A stretch of DNA of 64,000 nucleotides from Octopus vulgaris (GCA_951406725.2 OX597822.1:49352001-49416000), one strand, 5' to 3'; counted from the stretch's first letter, positions 12,340 to 25,470 are shown. Made by a program: numbers and translations. Notes: a model not told the origin generated them from the letters alone.

Positions 12340-13149
12340 CAGCTTTGTGGCGTTTACTAACACAAAAACTTTATGCATTGGGTAACATAGTGTGTGTGTA
12401 AGAGAGAGAGAGAGAGAGAGAAAAAAGAGAGAGAGAGAGAGAAGAGGTTTACATTGACAAAGAGTTGGGAGAGAAGTGCTAGAAGTAGTAGTCAGATTTC
12501 CCCTACATGTAACTGATATTTTAAAGAGACGGACTCATTGGATAGTTTTGCTATCGATATAGTGTGACCGAAAAATGAAGAAAAAACCTGATGGCCGCAA
12601 CAGGAATGCCTTTGACCATAGATCTATTAGATCGTGGTACGGCTGGGGCTAAAATGACACCGATCATTATCACCAGCAACAACAGCAAAACACCAGAGTT
12701 GAGTAAAATAACTTCGTTTGTAACATAAAGCGCCTGGTCGAAAATATAACAACACAAGCATAATAGACTTTAGAGTATAACTTTCAGATTAGACAAAACA
12801 AAATATATAGAGTTAAACTGTAGTAACACAGATCGATATAGAACAGTCATGTTATAGTGGCAAAAAATCTTACCGTCTATTATTGTTGGTACTTATACCT
12901 TGTTTAAAGATTTTAGAACTAACTACTGTGCTCGTTACCAGATCAGCGGCTGTCTTTTGCTTCTCTGTTTATATATTGTGAGTAGGGACGATTGACTGCC
13001 ATCTCTAGCAGGCAGGTTCCATCTCCACCAGACTCGTTTCTTTTGCGTCGTTCTTTGTTTTTGAATTTCTGCTACCCTCTTATGTGAGTTCGCATTTGGT
13101 TTGTTACCTGTTTTATATTATTTTGTTAATTTGTGAATCGAACTGTTGT

Positions 13150-13870
13150 CCGTTGGAGGACAGTCATTTTCGCCCTACGGGGCGGAAATTACATTGTGGA
13201 ACACTGTTTAAAAAATATTTTGTGAATTATGAAATATAATTTTTTTACCCGTTGTGAATTTTCTGTTAATTTGTCATTTTGGCAAAATTTTATTAAAAAA
13301 CAAAATTGTCATGGAATTCAACATTGAATCAAACCTAGATTTTCCCGAGATTGGAAAAGTAAATGAAAGTCAAAATGCAAGTTCAAAGGATATACAAAAG
13401 GAGAAGGCAAAGCAAAGTTTTTCAGATGCAGTGGGCGGCAACGTCACCGAACTAGAAATTAAAACGGAACAACTATTTAAGTTTCACAATTTGATTAAAA
13501 AAGTGACAGCAATACGAGACTGTTGCCATCCCCTGAAACGCTACAGACGAGAAATGCACGTACTCTAGTGTATAAAATATATAACGAGGATCATTGAGGC
13601 AAAAAAGTAGATAGAGAGGTTGTGTGTCGTTAACCAGCTGGAAAATATGTTTTCCTGAGGTTAAAATATAGTAACACAGTTCTGAATAAAATATGTTTAA
13701 GCTAGTTTCAGGGCAGAAACAGCAGCTACCACCCAACGAGAGACGTGCTTGAATGAACAGCCAAATCTCTCACAAGTAACATCCTGTCCTTGGAAAGGAA
13801 GGACCCATAGGCAATGTTTTTCCTGGTATAAGAAAGACATAATAGTCATATTTGGAGCGCTTTTGGTCAT
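13150..13870 (+). mobile_element. Possible decayed L1/Tx1 ORF1-like sequence
   Basis: MEFNIESNLDFPEIG...SFSDAVGG and a later GRTHRQCFSWYKKD resembling a degenerate zinc knuckle. Confidence 0.25.
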
Positions 13871-14342
13871 AAGTATACTCAATTAAGCTACATGATATAC
13901 ACTGGCAGCAGTCAGAGAAACATTATCAGCAAGAAGTAAGAAAAACATTATCAACAAGAATAATAAAAAATAGTAGCAGCAACAACAACGAAAACAATAA
14001 CAGTAGTTGTATGTAACATTAATAATAATTGTTCCTTGTCAATAAGTCAACGGAATAAACTGCGTGGCTGCTCCGGCAATAATTAAAAGAAAACAAAACA
14101 AATCTCCTTCAATTGACACAGACACACACACTGCTGTCTTAAAGAAATGGAAGGACACACTGGATGATATAGCACGAGGAGCCACCCACCCACCAAAAAC
14201 TTCGGGATGGTCACATTTGGTCTTATTCATATGAAAGTTTGGAAGATCAATCGAGGTTGATCGGGAGCTAAACAAGAACAAGCATGGCAAAAACAGCAAT
14301 AATATCAATAGCAAGGAACAGCAGTAGTTACAGCAACAACAG

Positions 14343-14760
14343 CGGAGGCGCAATGGCCCAATGGTTAGGGCAGCGGACTCGCGGTCGGGGGAATCGCGGT
14401 CGGGGGAATCGCGGTCGGGGGAATCGCGGTTTCGATTCCCAGACCAGGCGTTGTTTATGTTTATTGAGCGAAAACACCTAAAGCTCCACGTGGCTCCTAC
14501 AGAGGGTGGTGGCGACCCCTGTTGTACTCTTTCGCCCCAACTTTCTCTTACTCTTTTTTCCTGCTTCTTGTCCCCGACTTCCTACGCAACAGCTGAGCCT
14601 GGATGCACATTCATCCATCCGTCGATGCTCTCGGTGTCGGGGGTTGACCTGCTTTCTCTTCTGCGAGTCTTACGAATAGCAAAAGACCACGTTTCGGACT
14701 TCTCTCATCTTGCGAGCTCTGGGATGACGACCGTTCCCTCAACAGCACAGCACAGCACAG
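14343..14760 (+). mobile_element. tRNA-derived SINE family C with a 15-bp triplication in the head
   Basis: A box TGGCCCAATGG, B box GTTTCGATTCC, GC-rich body, short (ACAGC)n tail; sits in a CAA/CAG-rich tract. Confidence 0.75.
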
Positions 14761-14917
14761 CAACAACAGTTACACAAATAATTACTTAAATAATTTGCAA
14801 CAATTAGTAAGTATAAAGTTGTAACAAAATTTCTCAGAGGAGAACATAAAATGTTGATTCGCTAGCTTCTGCACGCATTTTTTTCTCTCCTTGTTTCTCT
14901 CCGTGTTTCTTTTCTGT

Positions 14918-14959
14918 GTATCTTTCTGTTGAAGAGCGTAGGCTCGAAACGTAAAATAC
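14918..14959 (+). ncRNA. Hammerhead-like motif with CTGTNGA core in a pLTR-like repeat (~14855-15053)
   Basis: CTTT-CTGTTGA-a-GAGC gtag GCTC-GAAA-CG-TA-AAATAC. A second copy lies at 19303-19341 (-). Confidence 0.55.
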
Positions 14960-15571
14960 TTGTTTTATTTATATTCCTGAGCGCCATACTAATACAATTG
15001 TTTGTTCGTATTCCACCTGCCTTCGTCTTTTGTTTATTTTCATAAAGCTTCCCATAAAATAGTAATACAAAAAGCTAAAAAAACAAAAAACAAACAGCAA
15101 CATTAAAAGTATAAATTTGTAATGCTGCTGTTTTTGTTGGTCATTAATCGGTTATATTCAGTTTGTTTCACTACGTTTTGTTGCTTTCTCTTTCCTTCTC
15201 TCTCTCTCTTTGTGTCCCTCTCTCTATATATATAATATCACTTGTGCATTACTTATGAAACATTTGAAATCTATACGTTTATTTTCCCTTCCTCCTACAT
15301 TCCAAACGTTGTCCTAGCCTCTGAAAATCGCGAGAATAAATCACGAAATGATTCGTATCCATGATTAGTAATTTTCAAATTATTTGGTCGGATATAGCAA
15401 ATGTACGAACATAACTATTTCAAAGTAATCAAAAGCTCATTTAATGAGTAATATATACAATGAACAAAACTTTATATAAATACACATATATCCACACATA
15501 CATACAAACATACATACATTCATACATGCATACATATGTATATAAATATATATATATATATTATATATACA

Positions 15572-15972
15572 GGCTTTGTGGTAAGTAACTTGCTTACCAA
15601 CCACATGGTTCCGGGTTCAGTCCCACTGCGTGACACCTTGGGCAAGTGTCTTCTCTTATAGCCCCGGGCCGAATAAAGTCTTGTGAGTGGATTTGGTAGA
15701 CGGAAACTGAAAGAAGCCTATCATATATGTCTATATATGTATGTGTGTGTGTATTTGTTTGAGTCAATGTTTGTCCCCCCAATATCGCTTGACAACCGAT
15801 GCTGGTGTGTTTACGTCCCCGTATCTTAGCGGTTCGCAAAAGAGACCGATAGAGTAAGTACTAGGCTTACAAAGAATAAGTCCTGGGGTCGATTTGGTCA
15901 ACTAAAAGCGGTGCTCCAGCATGGCCACAGTCAAACGACTGAAACAAGTAAAAGAGTAAAAAAGAGTAAAGG
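15572..15972 (+). mobile_element. tRNA-derived SINE family A
   Basis: A-box-like GTGGTAAG, B-box GGTTCAGTCCC, ACCTTGGGCAAGT core, internal (TG)n, 3' GGTGCTCCAGCATGGCC and (AAAGAGT)n tail. Confidence 0.88.
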
Positions 15973-16699
15973 GAATATGTATGTACATAAATGTTTGTGT
16001 ATTTAAATACACACGCACATGTCTCTGTATATAAACACACCGGAATATATATACATATACCTTCGTGCTAAATCTTGACTAATATCTTTATTCATCTATT
16101 TATTTTTTCTTTGAGAACATAGCGTCTTAAATATACTTTAGAATTTACCATTTTGGAAAGAGAGAAAGAAAAAAGTAAGAGGAAAGAGTTAAGTAAACAG
16201 TAATATTAATTTATCGTTAGATGTATTTAATGGCGATTTGTTTGGTAGTTTGTTCGACTATATTTCATGTACAGAGTAAGCTCCTATCCACCTGCGATAC
16301 CAACGACTTTATTATTCTCTTGTCAAGCTAATTCCTTCTATACTGACGAAAAATTTACTGATGGAGGATGCAGTAACTAATAACTTCCAGTTGTATCTTG
16401 CTAAATGTGTATAAATACAGAATTAATTATATGTTATTATAGTAAAACTAATGATTAAATTAGTAATAACTTTCTTATTCTTTCCTGCTAAAATATTGTT
16501 TTCCTTTAGACAATATATGCACAAATTTGCGAAAAGGTTAGAACAGAACCCTTGAGATGTACGTCCCACGTATTAGTCGCGGGACGTACACATTGTAGCC
16601 AACTCAACTGCTACTCCTTATTGCCAAATCAGATACTATAAATTTATTTTCTGCTATTCCTACCATGATATTCTTAGATTTTTAGCCGTTTTATGATCC

Positions 16700-17385
16700 C
16701 TGTGGACTCATTTTTACTTCGTACTTATTTTTTTCTTGCAACATGTTTATATTTGTTCGCTTCCTTGAAAACAAAAAATAGTTTTTACTTTGCTTAGGTT
16801 TCATTGCCCTTTGTATTAATTTTCCATCATTCTCTACTGGATAGTTTTGTGGTCCTACGGTAGATAATTGTTCTAAGGTCCTTACCCGTTTGCATTTATG
16901 GGGAATACAGTCTTCCAGAGTCAGATTTTGGATTATGCTTTTTAAGTGAATCATTATTTTCTTGGTTTTCCTATGAAGACTTACCAGTTCATTCAGCATC
17001 TAACGGAGAATATAATTGTGGCATATTATTTGAAGATATGTAGTATCGAAGCCTATTACCTTATGTTTTGCATTTCACTCTGTGTTAGTTATTAATCTAA
17101 TGCGATAAGAATATTAGTTTCCAATGTTTTCTTTCATTTGTATGTATAATACAAGGTCTAGTTGATTCCTCTGTATTTGCATGTATATGTATGTTCTAAT
17201 TCGCTTATTTCAGGATCTTTCCAATTGCTTAGGCCGTTTTGTGGGCCGAATCTTATACGAATTTCTTTAAGTTCAAGTACAGCCTGCAGTGATGCTTTGA
17301 GTTGTTTATCATTCCACTTGAGATTATGCATATAGAAAAGATAGTTGGTTGCTTTGCTATAATACATTCGCATCTACATCTAGTT
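16700..17385 (-). mobile_element. Possible hAT (ZMYM1-like/TTF-finger) transposase remnant
   Basis: YYSKATNYLF, GLSNWKD and IHLKSIIQNLT occur in the order expected for YS..D..FC, GF.NWK and YLS..IQNEL. Heavily decayed. Confidence 0.35.
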
Positions 17386-17529
17386 CTTTTTAATACGTCA
17401 GCTAAAGGCATCATTCCAAACAGGAAAAAGAGCAGAGGGGGAGAGTGAAAGAGAAAGGGGGAGAGTGAAAGAGAGAGAGAGAGAGAGGGAGAGAGAGAGA
17501 GAGAGAAAGAAAGAGAGGGAGAGAAAGTG

Positions 17530-18000
17530 TGTACCTTTGGAATATTTCTTTTCTAATAGAGGCGAGTTTAGTTTTTATAATACCTATTTTTTGTCTGCAA
17601 CTGCAAAAGCGTCTGTCATTTACTGGTGATACATTTCGTGTGTCTTTTTATTGATGCTCTCTTACTTATGACTAGAATTTCCAGGATGTACGTGTTGGGT
17701 ATATCATTAAAAACCTTCCAGTATTCAATCCATGTTATGCTCAGATCTATTATTTCGTTTCAACAATCTTCGGTTGTAACTTTCTTGGTCTCTGCCACCA
17801 TGAGTCTTTACAACATTCCTTTGTTCTTCTGGAAACGGGGTGCTTTCTTCAAGATACTTGTTCATCCTAATTATCCTTATTGCAGATAAGGTTTTGTGGA
17901 TTGTAGGAAGATGTTGAGATCAAACAATTGTTGGTCTTTTTCATACTGATAAATTCTTTGGATTTTGGAAAGATCTCACGATTTTGGTTTCTTTTATGAA

Positions 18001-18002
<2 letters not shown>
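17530..18002 (-). mobile_element. Possible Penelope-like C-terminal (linker/GIY-YIG) remnant
   Basis: ISTSSYNPQNL resembles the PLE linker motif (STYNP). Flanked by microsatellites; decayed. Confidence 0.3.

Positions 18003-18003
<1 letters not shown>

Positions 18004-18078
<75 letters not shown>
18004..18078. repeat. (TA)n microsatellite (one of many)
   Basis: Read directly. Similar arrays at 713-759, 9050-9098, 9548-9590, 37573-37636, 40037-40078, 52709-52754 and 63915-63958. Confidence 0.95.
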
Positions 18079-18083
<5 letters not shown>

Positions 18084-18236
18084 CGGAGTAAGCACATAAA
18101 TATGAAACAGGGTGGAAAAAAAGTACTCAAATACCAGAGGTAGAGTAATAGGCTTTATTTAAAACTGTCCGACTAACGGGAACATGGAACTCCGAGTAAC
18201 ACCTTTTGTTATATTTCTGCTGCTTTTAAATAAAGT

Positions 18237-18282
<46 letters not shown>

Positions 18283-18855
18283 CCTATTTTATTTATCCTA
18301 CTTTAACTTGAATTTTTAGTTTCAATCTAGCATTGTGACTATTACACTCTTATCGTTGTGTTATTTTTACCCCATGGTTGTTGATATTGTTATTTCTGTC
18401 ATTAATTTGGAAGTTTATCCCATTGCTATTTTATTGATATTAGTGATATTGATAATACTGGTATTATTGATATCGATGTTGTTGATGTTTATGATGTCAC
18501 CGCAACATATTTGTTTTGGCATAACACATTACTCTGCAAATTTACTCTAATCCTCTATATCTTAGTTTACTTTAAAGCTAATTTTAGAAACTTTAACTTG
18601 AGTTAAAATTTTAACCCATAACCCTTTTACTAGTTTAATTTTTAAAATCAGACTAATCAGGTTAAACTGAATCTACATCTAATGTTCAAAAACTTTAACT
18701 CGACATCATCCCATTTGTAAGAAGACCTTTAAATCTACCAGTATTTATATTCTGACAATAAGAGCATTCATGACCATTGCAACATGACCAAAAATAGTAT
18801 TCCTTCACTTTCTAATATTATTCCCCCACTATATTAGATTAAAAACATGAACAGT

Positions 18856-19244
18856 GCGCAGGAGTGGCTGTGTGATAAGTAGCTTGCTTACCAACCACAT
18901 GGTTCCGGGTTCGGTCCCACTGCGTGGCACCTTGGGCAAGTGTCCTCGGGCCGACCAAAGCCTTGTGAGTGGATTTGGTAGACGGAAACTGAAAGAAGCC
19001 CGTCGTATATATGTATATGTATATATATGCATGTGTGTGTTTGTGTGTCTGTGCTTGTCCCCCACAACATCGCTTGACAACCGATGCTGGTGTGTTTATG
19101 TCCCTGTAACTTAGCGGTTCGGCAAAAGAGACCGATAGAATAAGTACCAGGCTTACAAAGAATAAGTCCTGGGGTCGATTTAGTGCTCCAGCATGGCCGC
19201 AGTCAAATGACTGAAATAAGTAAAAGAGTAAAGAGTAAAAGAGT
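18856..19244 (+). mobile_element. tRNA-derived SINE family A
   Basis: Full-length copy highly similar to 15572-15972. Confidence 0.9.
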
Positions 19245-19511
19245 GCTGTCTAAGACTGACCATGTCCACAAAAAGACCACATCACATTTTAACACTGGAG
19301 AAGTCTTTAACGTTTCAAGCCTACGCTCTTCTACATAAAGGAATGAGGAGAGAAAACAGATGGAGTGAGGGAAAAAAGCTTGAGAAAATACACACGTTCA
19401 GAGATTTAGAACTAATAGGTTTTCTATTTATGAGATCAGTGTAAGTGTGTCATTTTGTAAAGTGTATACTTCGTACAAGAACTAGTGTCACCATCACTTG
19501 CCAAGCAATTA

Positions 19512-19559
19512 ATCTGTGCTGATGAATGTAAATAACTCAGAAAACATTGGTACATAGAT
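19512..19559 (+). ncRNA. Minimal type I hammerhead motif
   Basis: ATCTGTG-CTGATGA-ATGTAAATAACTCA-GAAA-ACATTGG-TA-CATAGAT: 7-bp helix I, eroded helices II and III. Confidence 0.6.
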
Positions 19560-19704
19560 ATTGTTTTGAGCTGAGTGGTGACACTACCTCCCTTGTTCGA
19601 AAATATAAGAACACAGTTAGCTCGTTAAAAGCCAGCTGGAGTAACATTCGTCCTAAACAGGACTGTTATTTTACGTTGGCAAATAAACATTATTCTCTCT
19701 CTCC

Positions 19705-19743
<39 letters not shown>

Positions 19744-21304
19744 AAATTAATGAGAAGAATGACCACTAAAGTGGAATCCTATACACTGGAAATAGACGTC
19801 AAATCGCCTTACCACAAAAAGTGTGTTCTCTAGAAATTTATATATATATAAAGTTATATACATAGATATACACATACATACACACATACGCACACACACA
19901 AACATATATTTGAGGCTCATTTCCTTTTGAATGTTAGAATATACTGCCGTTCTAAGTGATCCACCAAAGTTGAACTGATTAACCTGTTGATTACACATAA
20001 TATCATCTTATGCAATCATTTCATTTGTATACACATGATTGATTACCAGCGAATGCACATCATCAAATTGTGTTCAGCCCTCAATTAATATGCATTAAGA
20101 GAGAAACGCCATTAACCTTTAACATTTTTCAAATTTCACAACGAAATATTCGTGAAAATGTTTTCTTGGCATTTTCTGTCGAATATCTTGATTTCGATAC
20201 TTATTGGCCTTCTCTGTTCTAGAACACACTATAAGTAGGGTTAATATATTATATTAAAGGGTGAAGGTTATCCAAAAAAAGGATGTCTTTGGTAATGTTT
20301 GACAAGTGGCATGGTACGAATAGCTCGTCGACGGAAATGTAAATTAGAGTGTTTGCTAATGAAATTCAATTTCCTTGTGTACTTGCACGCTTCTCACCCG
20401 AATGTGTAGATTACTTTTCACAGATGAGTGATCTTCTTTTACAAATCTTTGTGTTCTTGTTTGTATATTGAAAGTAAATTCTCCGTATTTCAGAATATCA
20501 TCTTATAGTAATCCTTACATACATTAGGCAGGTCAGAATACAGTTACCTGCATCTCTGCTATGAAATACATATAACCGTTTAGATGTTATTTACGACTGC
20601 ACTTTCAATTTTGTTTCTTTTTTCTCATATTCCTTTCCCGGTGATTCCTTTTAATCTGCCAGTATAACTTAGACCATTCTATTTAAACAAATAGACTTGC
20701 CAGTTCACTTATTGCTTCTCGCTTCGTACTCGGGCAGCCTCTTGTAAAAATCGAAGAACTCACATCTATAGAACAACTGCTTCTGTGCATATATCTATAT
20801 GTTTATGTATTTATGTGTTTTCATATATATCAGATTACTATGTACATGTACGTACATACATATACATGCACATGTACGTACATACATATACATGTACATG
20901 TACGTACGTACATATACATAAAGATTTTCGTTATACATCTGCAAATGCATCTGATAAACTCTCCATTGTCAAACACATTATGATTATTGCATGTTGTCAC
21001 ATGTTAGAAATGGTCTGTATTCATACGTATTTAGTTGAGTGTTTGTTGTAGTGAACATTCGTGTATATTTATCTGAGTGTATTCGTATAAGTGTATGCAA
21101 TATCAATAGCACTCAGATCTCTAATCGGCAAAATCCATAGAAGGAGACTAGAAAACAAAGACGATTTAGTTCCATCAACAGAATAATCGAGAGAGCTGAG
21201 AGAATGATTTATAACGTTTCCACTGCAAGAGGCTTCTGTGCCCAGCTAACAGATACACTCAGACATACACAGGGGCACTATCCTTATAAAGCAGGACAAA
21301 TATA

Positions 21305-22580
21305 TTAGGATGTTAAGTATGAAATTGGTAATAAGGTATATGGTAAATTTTGACAGCTGCTTATCTTACGCCATTATTATATTTTGACAATCTTTATTTT
21401 TTGTTAGAAAGCTGACACATTTATTTCCTTATTCTAACTCATTTTGTGCTTTATGAAGTATTTATAAATCGTTTTTCTTTTTGCAATTTTTGTTTAGAGA
21501 TGGATAAGTCGGAAATTCGTACAGCTTTGAAATGTGAGTTCTTTATTGGAAATACAGCATCACAGACAGCTTGGAATCGTAATGGAGTATTTCATTCTGA
21601 GGTTATTACACAGAAGGCAGTATCAAATTGGCTTGCAAAATTTCGTTCTGGTAACTTTGACCTCACAAATGAGCAATACGAACGAACAGAAACAAAGGTG
21701 CATAATGACGAACTGAAAACCACCTTTGAGTCAGATCCATCTCAAAGTGCCCGTCAGTTATCGTTGTTGTTTGGTGTTAGCTAGCACATAATATAGACTC
21801 ACCTAGTTCAAATCGGTAAAGTGAAAAAGCTGGATAAGTGGGTTCCGCATGAACTCAATGAAAATAAGAAAAAGCAACGTTTGGAAGCCTGCATTATGTT
21901 ACTTTCTCGTCACAGAAATGAATCAATTTTGAATCGAATTGTAACATGTGATGAGAAATGAATCCAATACAACAACTGTAAACGTTCAGCAAAATGGTTC
22001 GACAAAGGCGAGCCACCAGAACACAATCCAAAAAGCAAAATCAATCAAAAGAAGCTGTGTGTGTTTGGTGGTCTGGTGCAGGTGTGATCCATTATGATTT
22101 CATTAAACCTGGCCCATCAGTCACGGCCGAAGTATACTGCAGCCAACTGGACCAAATGATGCAGAAAATTGCAAAAAAATCCCAGCCTAGATTAGTCAAC
22201 AGATTCCCTCCTATTTTATTGCAAGACAACGCCAGACCACACATTGCAAAAACAACATTGGCGAAACTACAGGACTTGGAGTTTGAATTCTCCGTCATCC
22301 ATCATAATCACCTGATCTTGCCCCCTCTGACAACCACTTCTTCCAGAATTAGGTTAACATTTTGATAGGAAAAAAATTTAAATCCAACGATTGTCCAAGA
22401 TTGTATTGACTCTAGATTGCCAGGCTTTTACAGTTCCGGGCTCAACAAGCTAACGCTGAAATGGAAAAAATGTATTGGCAATATGGGTGCGTACTTTGAT
22501 GAATAAAACTATTCCTTGTATTTATAAAACTTTGGCCAACTTCTTTTTCTTTTCTACAAATGTCATAATTGACGACCTAA
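21305..22580 (+). mobile_element. Full-length decayed mariner (Hsmar1/cecropia-like) DNA transposon
   Basis: Imperfect ~30-bp TIRs (TTAGGATGTTAAGTATGAAATTGG vs revcomp TTAGGTCGTCAATTATGACATTTG), TA on both sides, 1276 bp long. Confidence 0.9.
21500..22506 (+). pseudogene. Mariner transposase pseudogene
   Basis: MDKSEIRTALKCEF..., WVPHEL, IVTCDEK*, LLQDNARPH, SPDLAPSD-like; several stops and frameshifts. Confidence 0.9.
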
Positions 22581-23614
22581 TACAAAACAAAAACAACTAT
22601 GTGAACGCATATATCTTATCTCTGCCTATGTCTCTCTCTGTACACATATGTATGAGTGTATATGTGTGTATTCAGACGCTCATAATATTTTACGTAGGTA
22701 TCAACAATCTCTAGTGCCAAAACAAAATTCCACTTTAAAATATCTAACGTTAAACCTACTTATTTGTTTGAATAAAGTATAGAGGAAAAACTAGAAAAAA
22801 ACGAGACTTAGTCAAAAATATTAACGCTAAAATATAACAAAAACTAATCAAGAAAATATGAAATGAATAATATTTAAATTACTTTGGGGGAGAAGAATAT
22901 TTTTATTGATCAAAATTCGATAAGCGATTTTTCACAAATTAATAAGTTGTTGATTTTACCGCGGTTCCATCTAACAACGGTAGCAGCTTGACAATTGTAT
23001 TATGTGAAATTGCTTCACAGCAAATAACTCGCAAAAAGAATCTGACATAATTTATGGAAATCTCCATAAAACGTTAAAAATGTTAAAAATATTAAAAATT
23101 TAGTAGTAAATTGAAAGCGGCAGATGCTCATACATGCATGTATACATGCATACGGTTACAGACATATATGTGTGTGTGTATGTACGTGCACATATGCATA
23201 TATAAATATGTTTATTTCTATGCTATATTTATATCTTCGTATGGTTTTCACGTATATACTATACATATATTGGTGTTAACTCGCTTTTATAAACATTTTA
23301 TTGTGGCAGTAACGTGTGCTTATATGGATGTATGTACATGTATATCTATATACATAAATTTGCATACACACACGCACATATAAATGTACATATATAGTTA
23401 TTTCTCATGGTGATTTAAAAGAATAGGTACGCTGTGTAAGTGCTATAATTGGTAATCTGTTATGTTCCAATTTCACAGCGGAGGCTGGAGCTAGGAGATA
23501 TATATTAGACGAAAAAGAACAGCAAAAGCCAAAGCAGGACGAGTATCTCAAGTAATTTAGAATATTTAATTAGAGTAAGGTGAATTTGAGGTAATTAATT
23601 GATTAATTTCTGGA

Positions 23615-23692
23615 TGTCTTACAGTTATTTCTGTGGCATCCCAAGTGATAGGTTAGCATCTCCATACACTCTGTATTCCATGATCAGAGACA
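23615..23692 (-). ncRNA. Degenerate hammerhead motif
   Basis: Minus strand TGTCT-CTGATCA-...-GAAA-TAACTG-TA-AGACA. Confidence 0.5.
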
Positions 23693-23972
23693 AGGTGACT
23701 ATGTATGAAAGCCCTAGACAGGGAATTCACAGTTTATAAAGGAGAAAAAATTAGTAGATAGAAGAATAAAGATTAAAACAGTAGATAGAAAGGCGCACAT
23801 AGCGGAGACGTAACCCGACACCTCCTCCACTTTTAATTTTTTATTTTTTTCGGCTATGGAGATTCCGATTTTGAAAAAATAAATGCAAATATCGCAGTTT
23901 CAAAATTTTAACACCCCACCCAACAATTTCTTTATTTTTCACTTTTTCAGAAATTTTTGGCACATACTCTCG

Positions 23973-24334
23973 TTTACTCTTTACTCTTTTACTTGTTTCA
24001 GTCATTTAACTGTGGCCATGCTGGAGCACCGCCTTTAGTCGAGAAAATCGACCTCAGGACTTATTCTTTGTAAGCCTAGTACTTATTCTAACGGTCTGTT
24101 TGACCGAACCGCTAAGTTATGGGGACGTAAACACACCAGCATCTGTTGTCAAGCGATGTTGGGGGGACAAACACAGACGCACAAACATACACACACAAAT
24201 ACACACACAAACACACACATATATACATATATATACGATGGGTTTCTTTCAGTTTCCGTCTATCAAATTCACTCACAAAGCTTTGGTCGGCCCGAGGCTG
24301 TAGTAGAAGACATTTGCCCAAGGTACCACGCAGT
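23973..24334 (-). mobile_element. SINE family A, head-truncated
   Basis: Reverse complement of the family A body and tail. Confidence 0.85.
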
Positions 24335-24444
24335 ACCATGAAGCTGACCCCACTTCACAAGATTTGTACTTCAGCGAGGTACATGGATGTTATATGATGA
24401 TGATGATTTATATATTATTAATAAAAATGTTTCTCAATATATCA

Positions 24445-24642
24445 ACACAAAAGTAAGAGATTGCTCCCGGCTCGCATTAAGGAAGAAGATGAAAATTGCT
24501 TTGGGCCGTGACACTGCATGGACCCTAAGTAAGGCATGTGTAAAATTTGAATGAAATCGGTTGGGTAGTTTTCGAGTTTTGGCAATGCAAAATACAGAAA
24601 CACAGACAGACATACATGCATTCTCAGTTTTATAAATATAGA
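24445..24642 (-). mobile_element. 5' part of a non-autonomous Helitron-like element
   Basis: Starts A^TCTATATTTATAAAACTGAGAATG, then a TGTC microsatellite and AACCGATTTCATTCAAATTTTACAC, as in Helitron/DINE-like non-autonomous elements. Confidence 0.6.
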
Positions 24643-24654
24643 TATGCATATATT

Positions 24655-24687
<33 letters not shown>

Positions 24688-24748
24688 GTCTGTCTGTCTG
24701 TCTGTCTGTATGTATGTATGTATGTATGTATGTATGTATGCATGTATG

Positions 24749-24787
<39 letters not shown>

Positions 24788-24889
24788 ATATAATATAATA
24801 TAATACCAATACACACACACGCGCTTATATACGAGAAGAAAACGCTTAACTATCAAGGGAGTATCACGCTTTCACTGAATTCGCGAATA

Positions 24890-25470
24890 CAGTGTCAGTT
24901 TGAAAAGAAATAATACGTGTATACAAATCCTTATTTTGAGTACAATTTTGTATAGGGCAGAGGCTTGGACTCCCTACTACAAACGTGTAGAGAAACTTGA
25001 AACATTTCATATGTGCTGTCTGCGCAATATCTGCAACCTAAGATGGCAAGATAATATATGAAATATCAAAAGCTTCGAAAAATCTGAAATCTCCTGTATT
25101 CGAAGCATACTGCTGATATTTCAGCGCAGATGAATAGGGCATGTTTCAATGAAAGACGACCACATTCCAAAAATTCTTTTGTATAGCCAACATGAGGAGG
25201 GTTATCGCAGTAGATGTATATCTGTCCTTAGGTATAAGGATTTATTCAAGCACTCACTAAAACCTCTACAGCTTAAATTGACATCTTGGAAATTTATTGC
25301 CTAGATGGATCAGCATAGCGTAAAATGTGTCATGATGCATCAAAACATTTTGAGTTGAAGAAAAAGAACAATAAAAGAACTATATTCTGCAATCAACAGG
25401 CTCAATCCCAGGCAAAATCAAAATCACCAGTATCCCCATTGCGCCTTCAAAGCAAAATCACTCAAATTAT
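24890..25470 (+). mobile_element. RTE-clade (BovB-like) LINE 3' coding remnant
   Basis: ILSTILYRAEAWTPYYKRVEKLETFHMCCLRNICNLRWQD...IGHVSMKDDHIPKILLYSQHEEGYRSR...RYKDLFKHSLK. Confidence 0.8.

Noticed and set aside
14343-14445. SINE heads (also 18856, 49897, 51015) as tRNA genes
   Set aside because: A and B boxes are present, but there is no complete cloverleaf or acceptor stem and they continue into SINE bodies.
14676-14716. Antisense hammerhead-like string at the SINE C 3' end (GCAAGATGAGAGAAGTCCGAAACGTGGTCTTTTGC)
   Set aside because: The core lacks CUG, helices II and III are poor, and there is only one copy to judge from.
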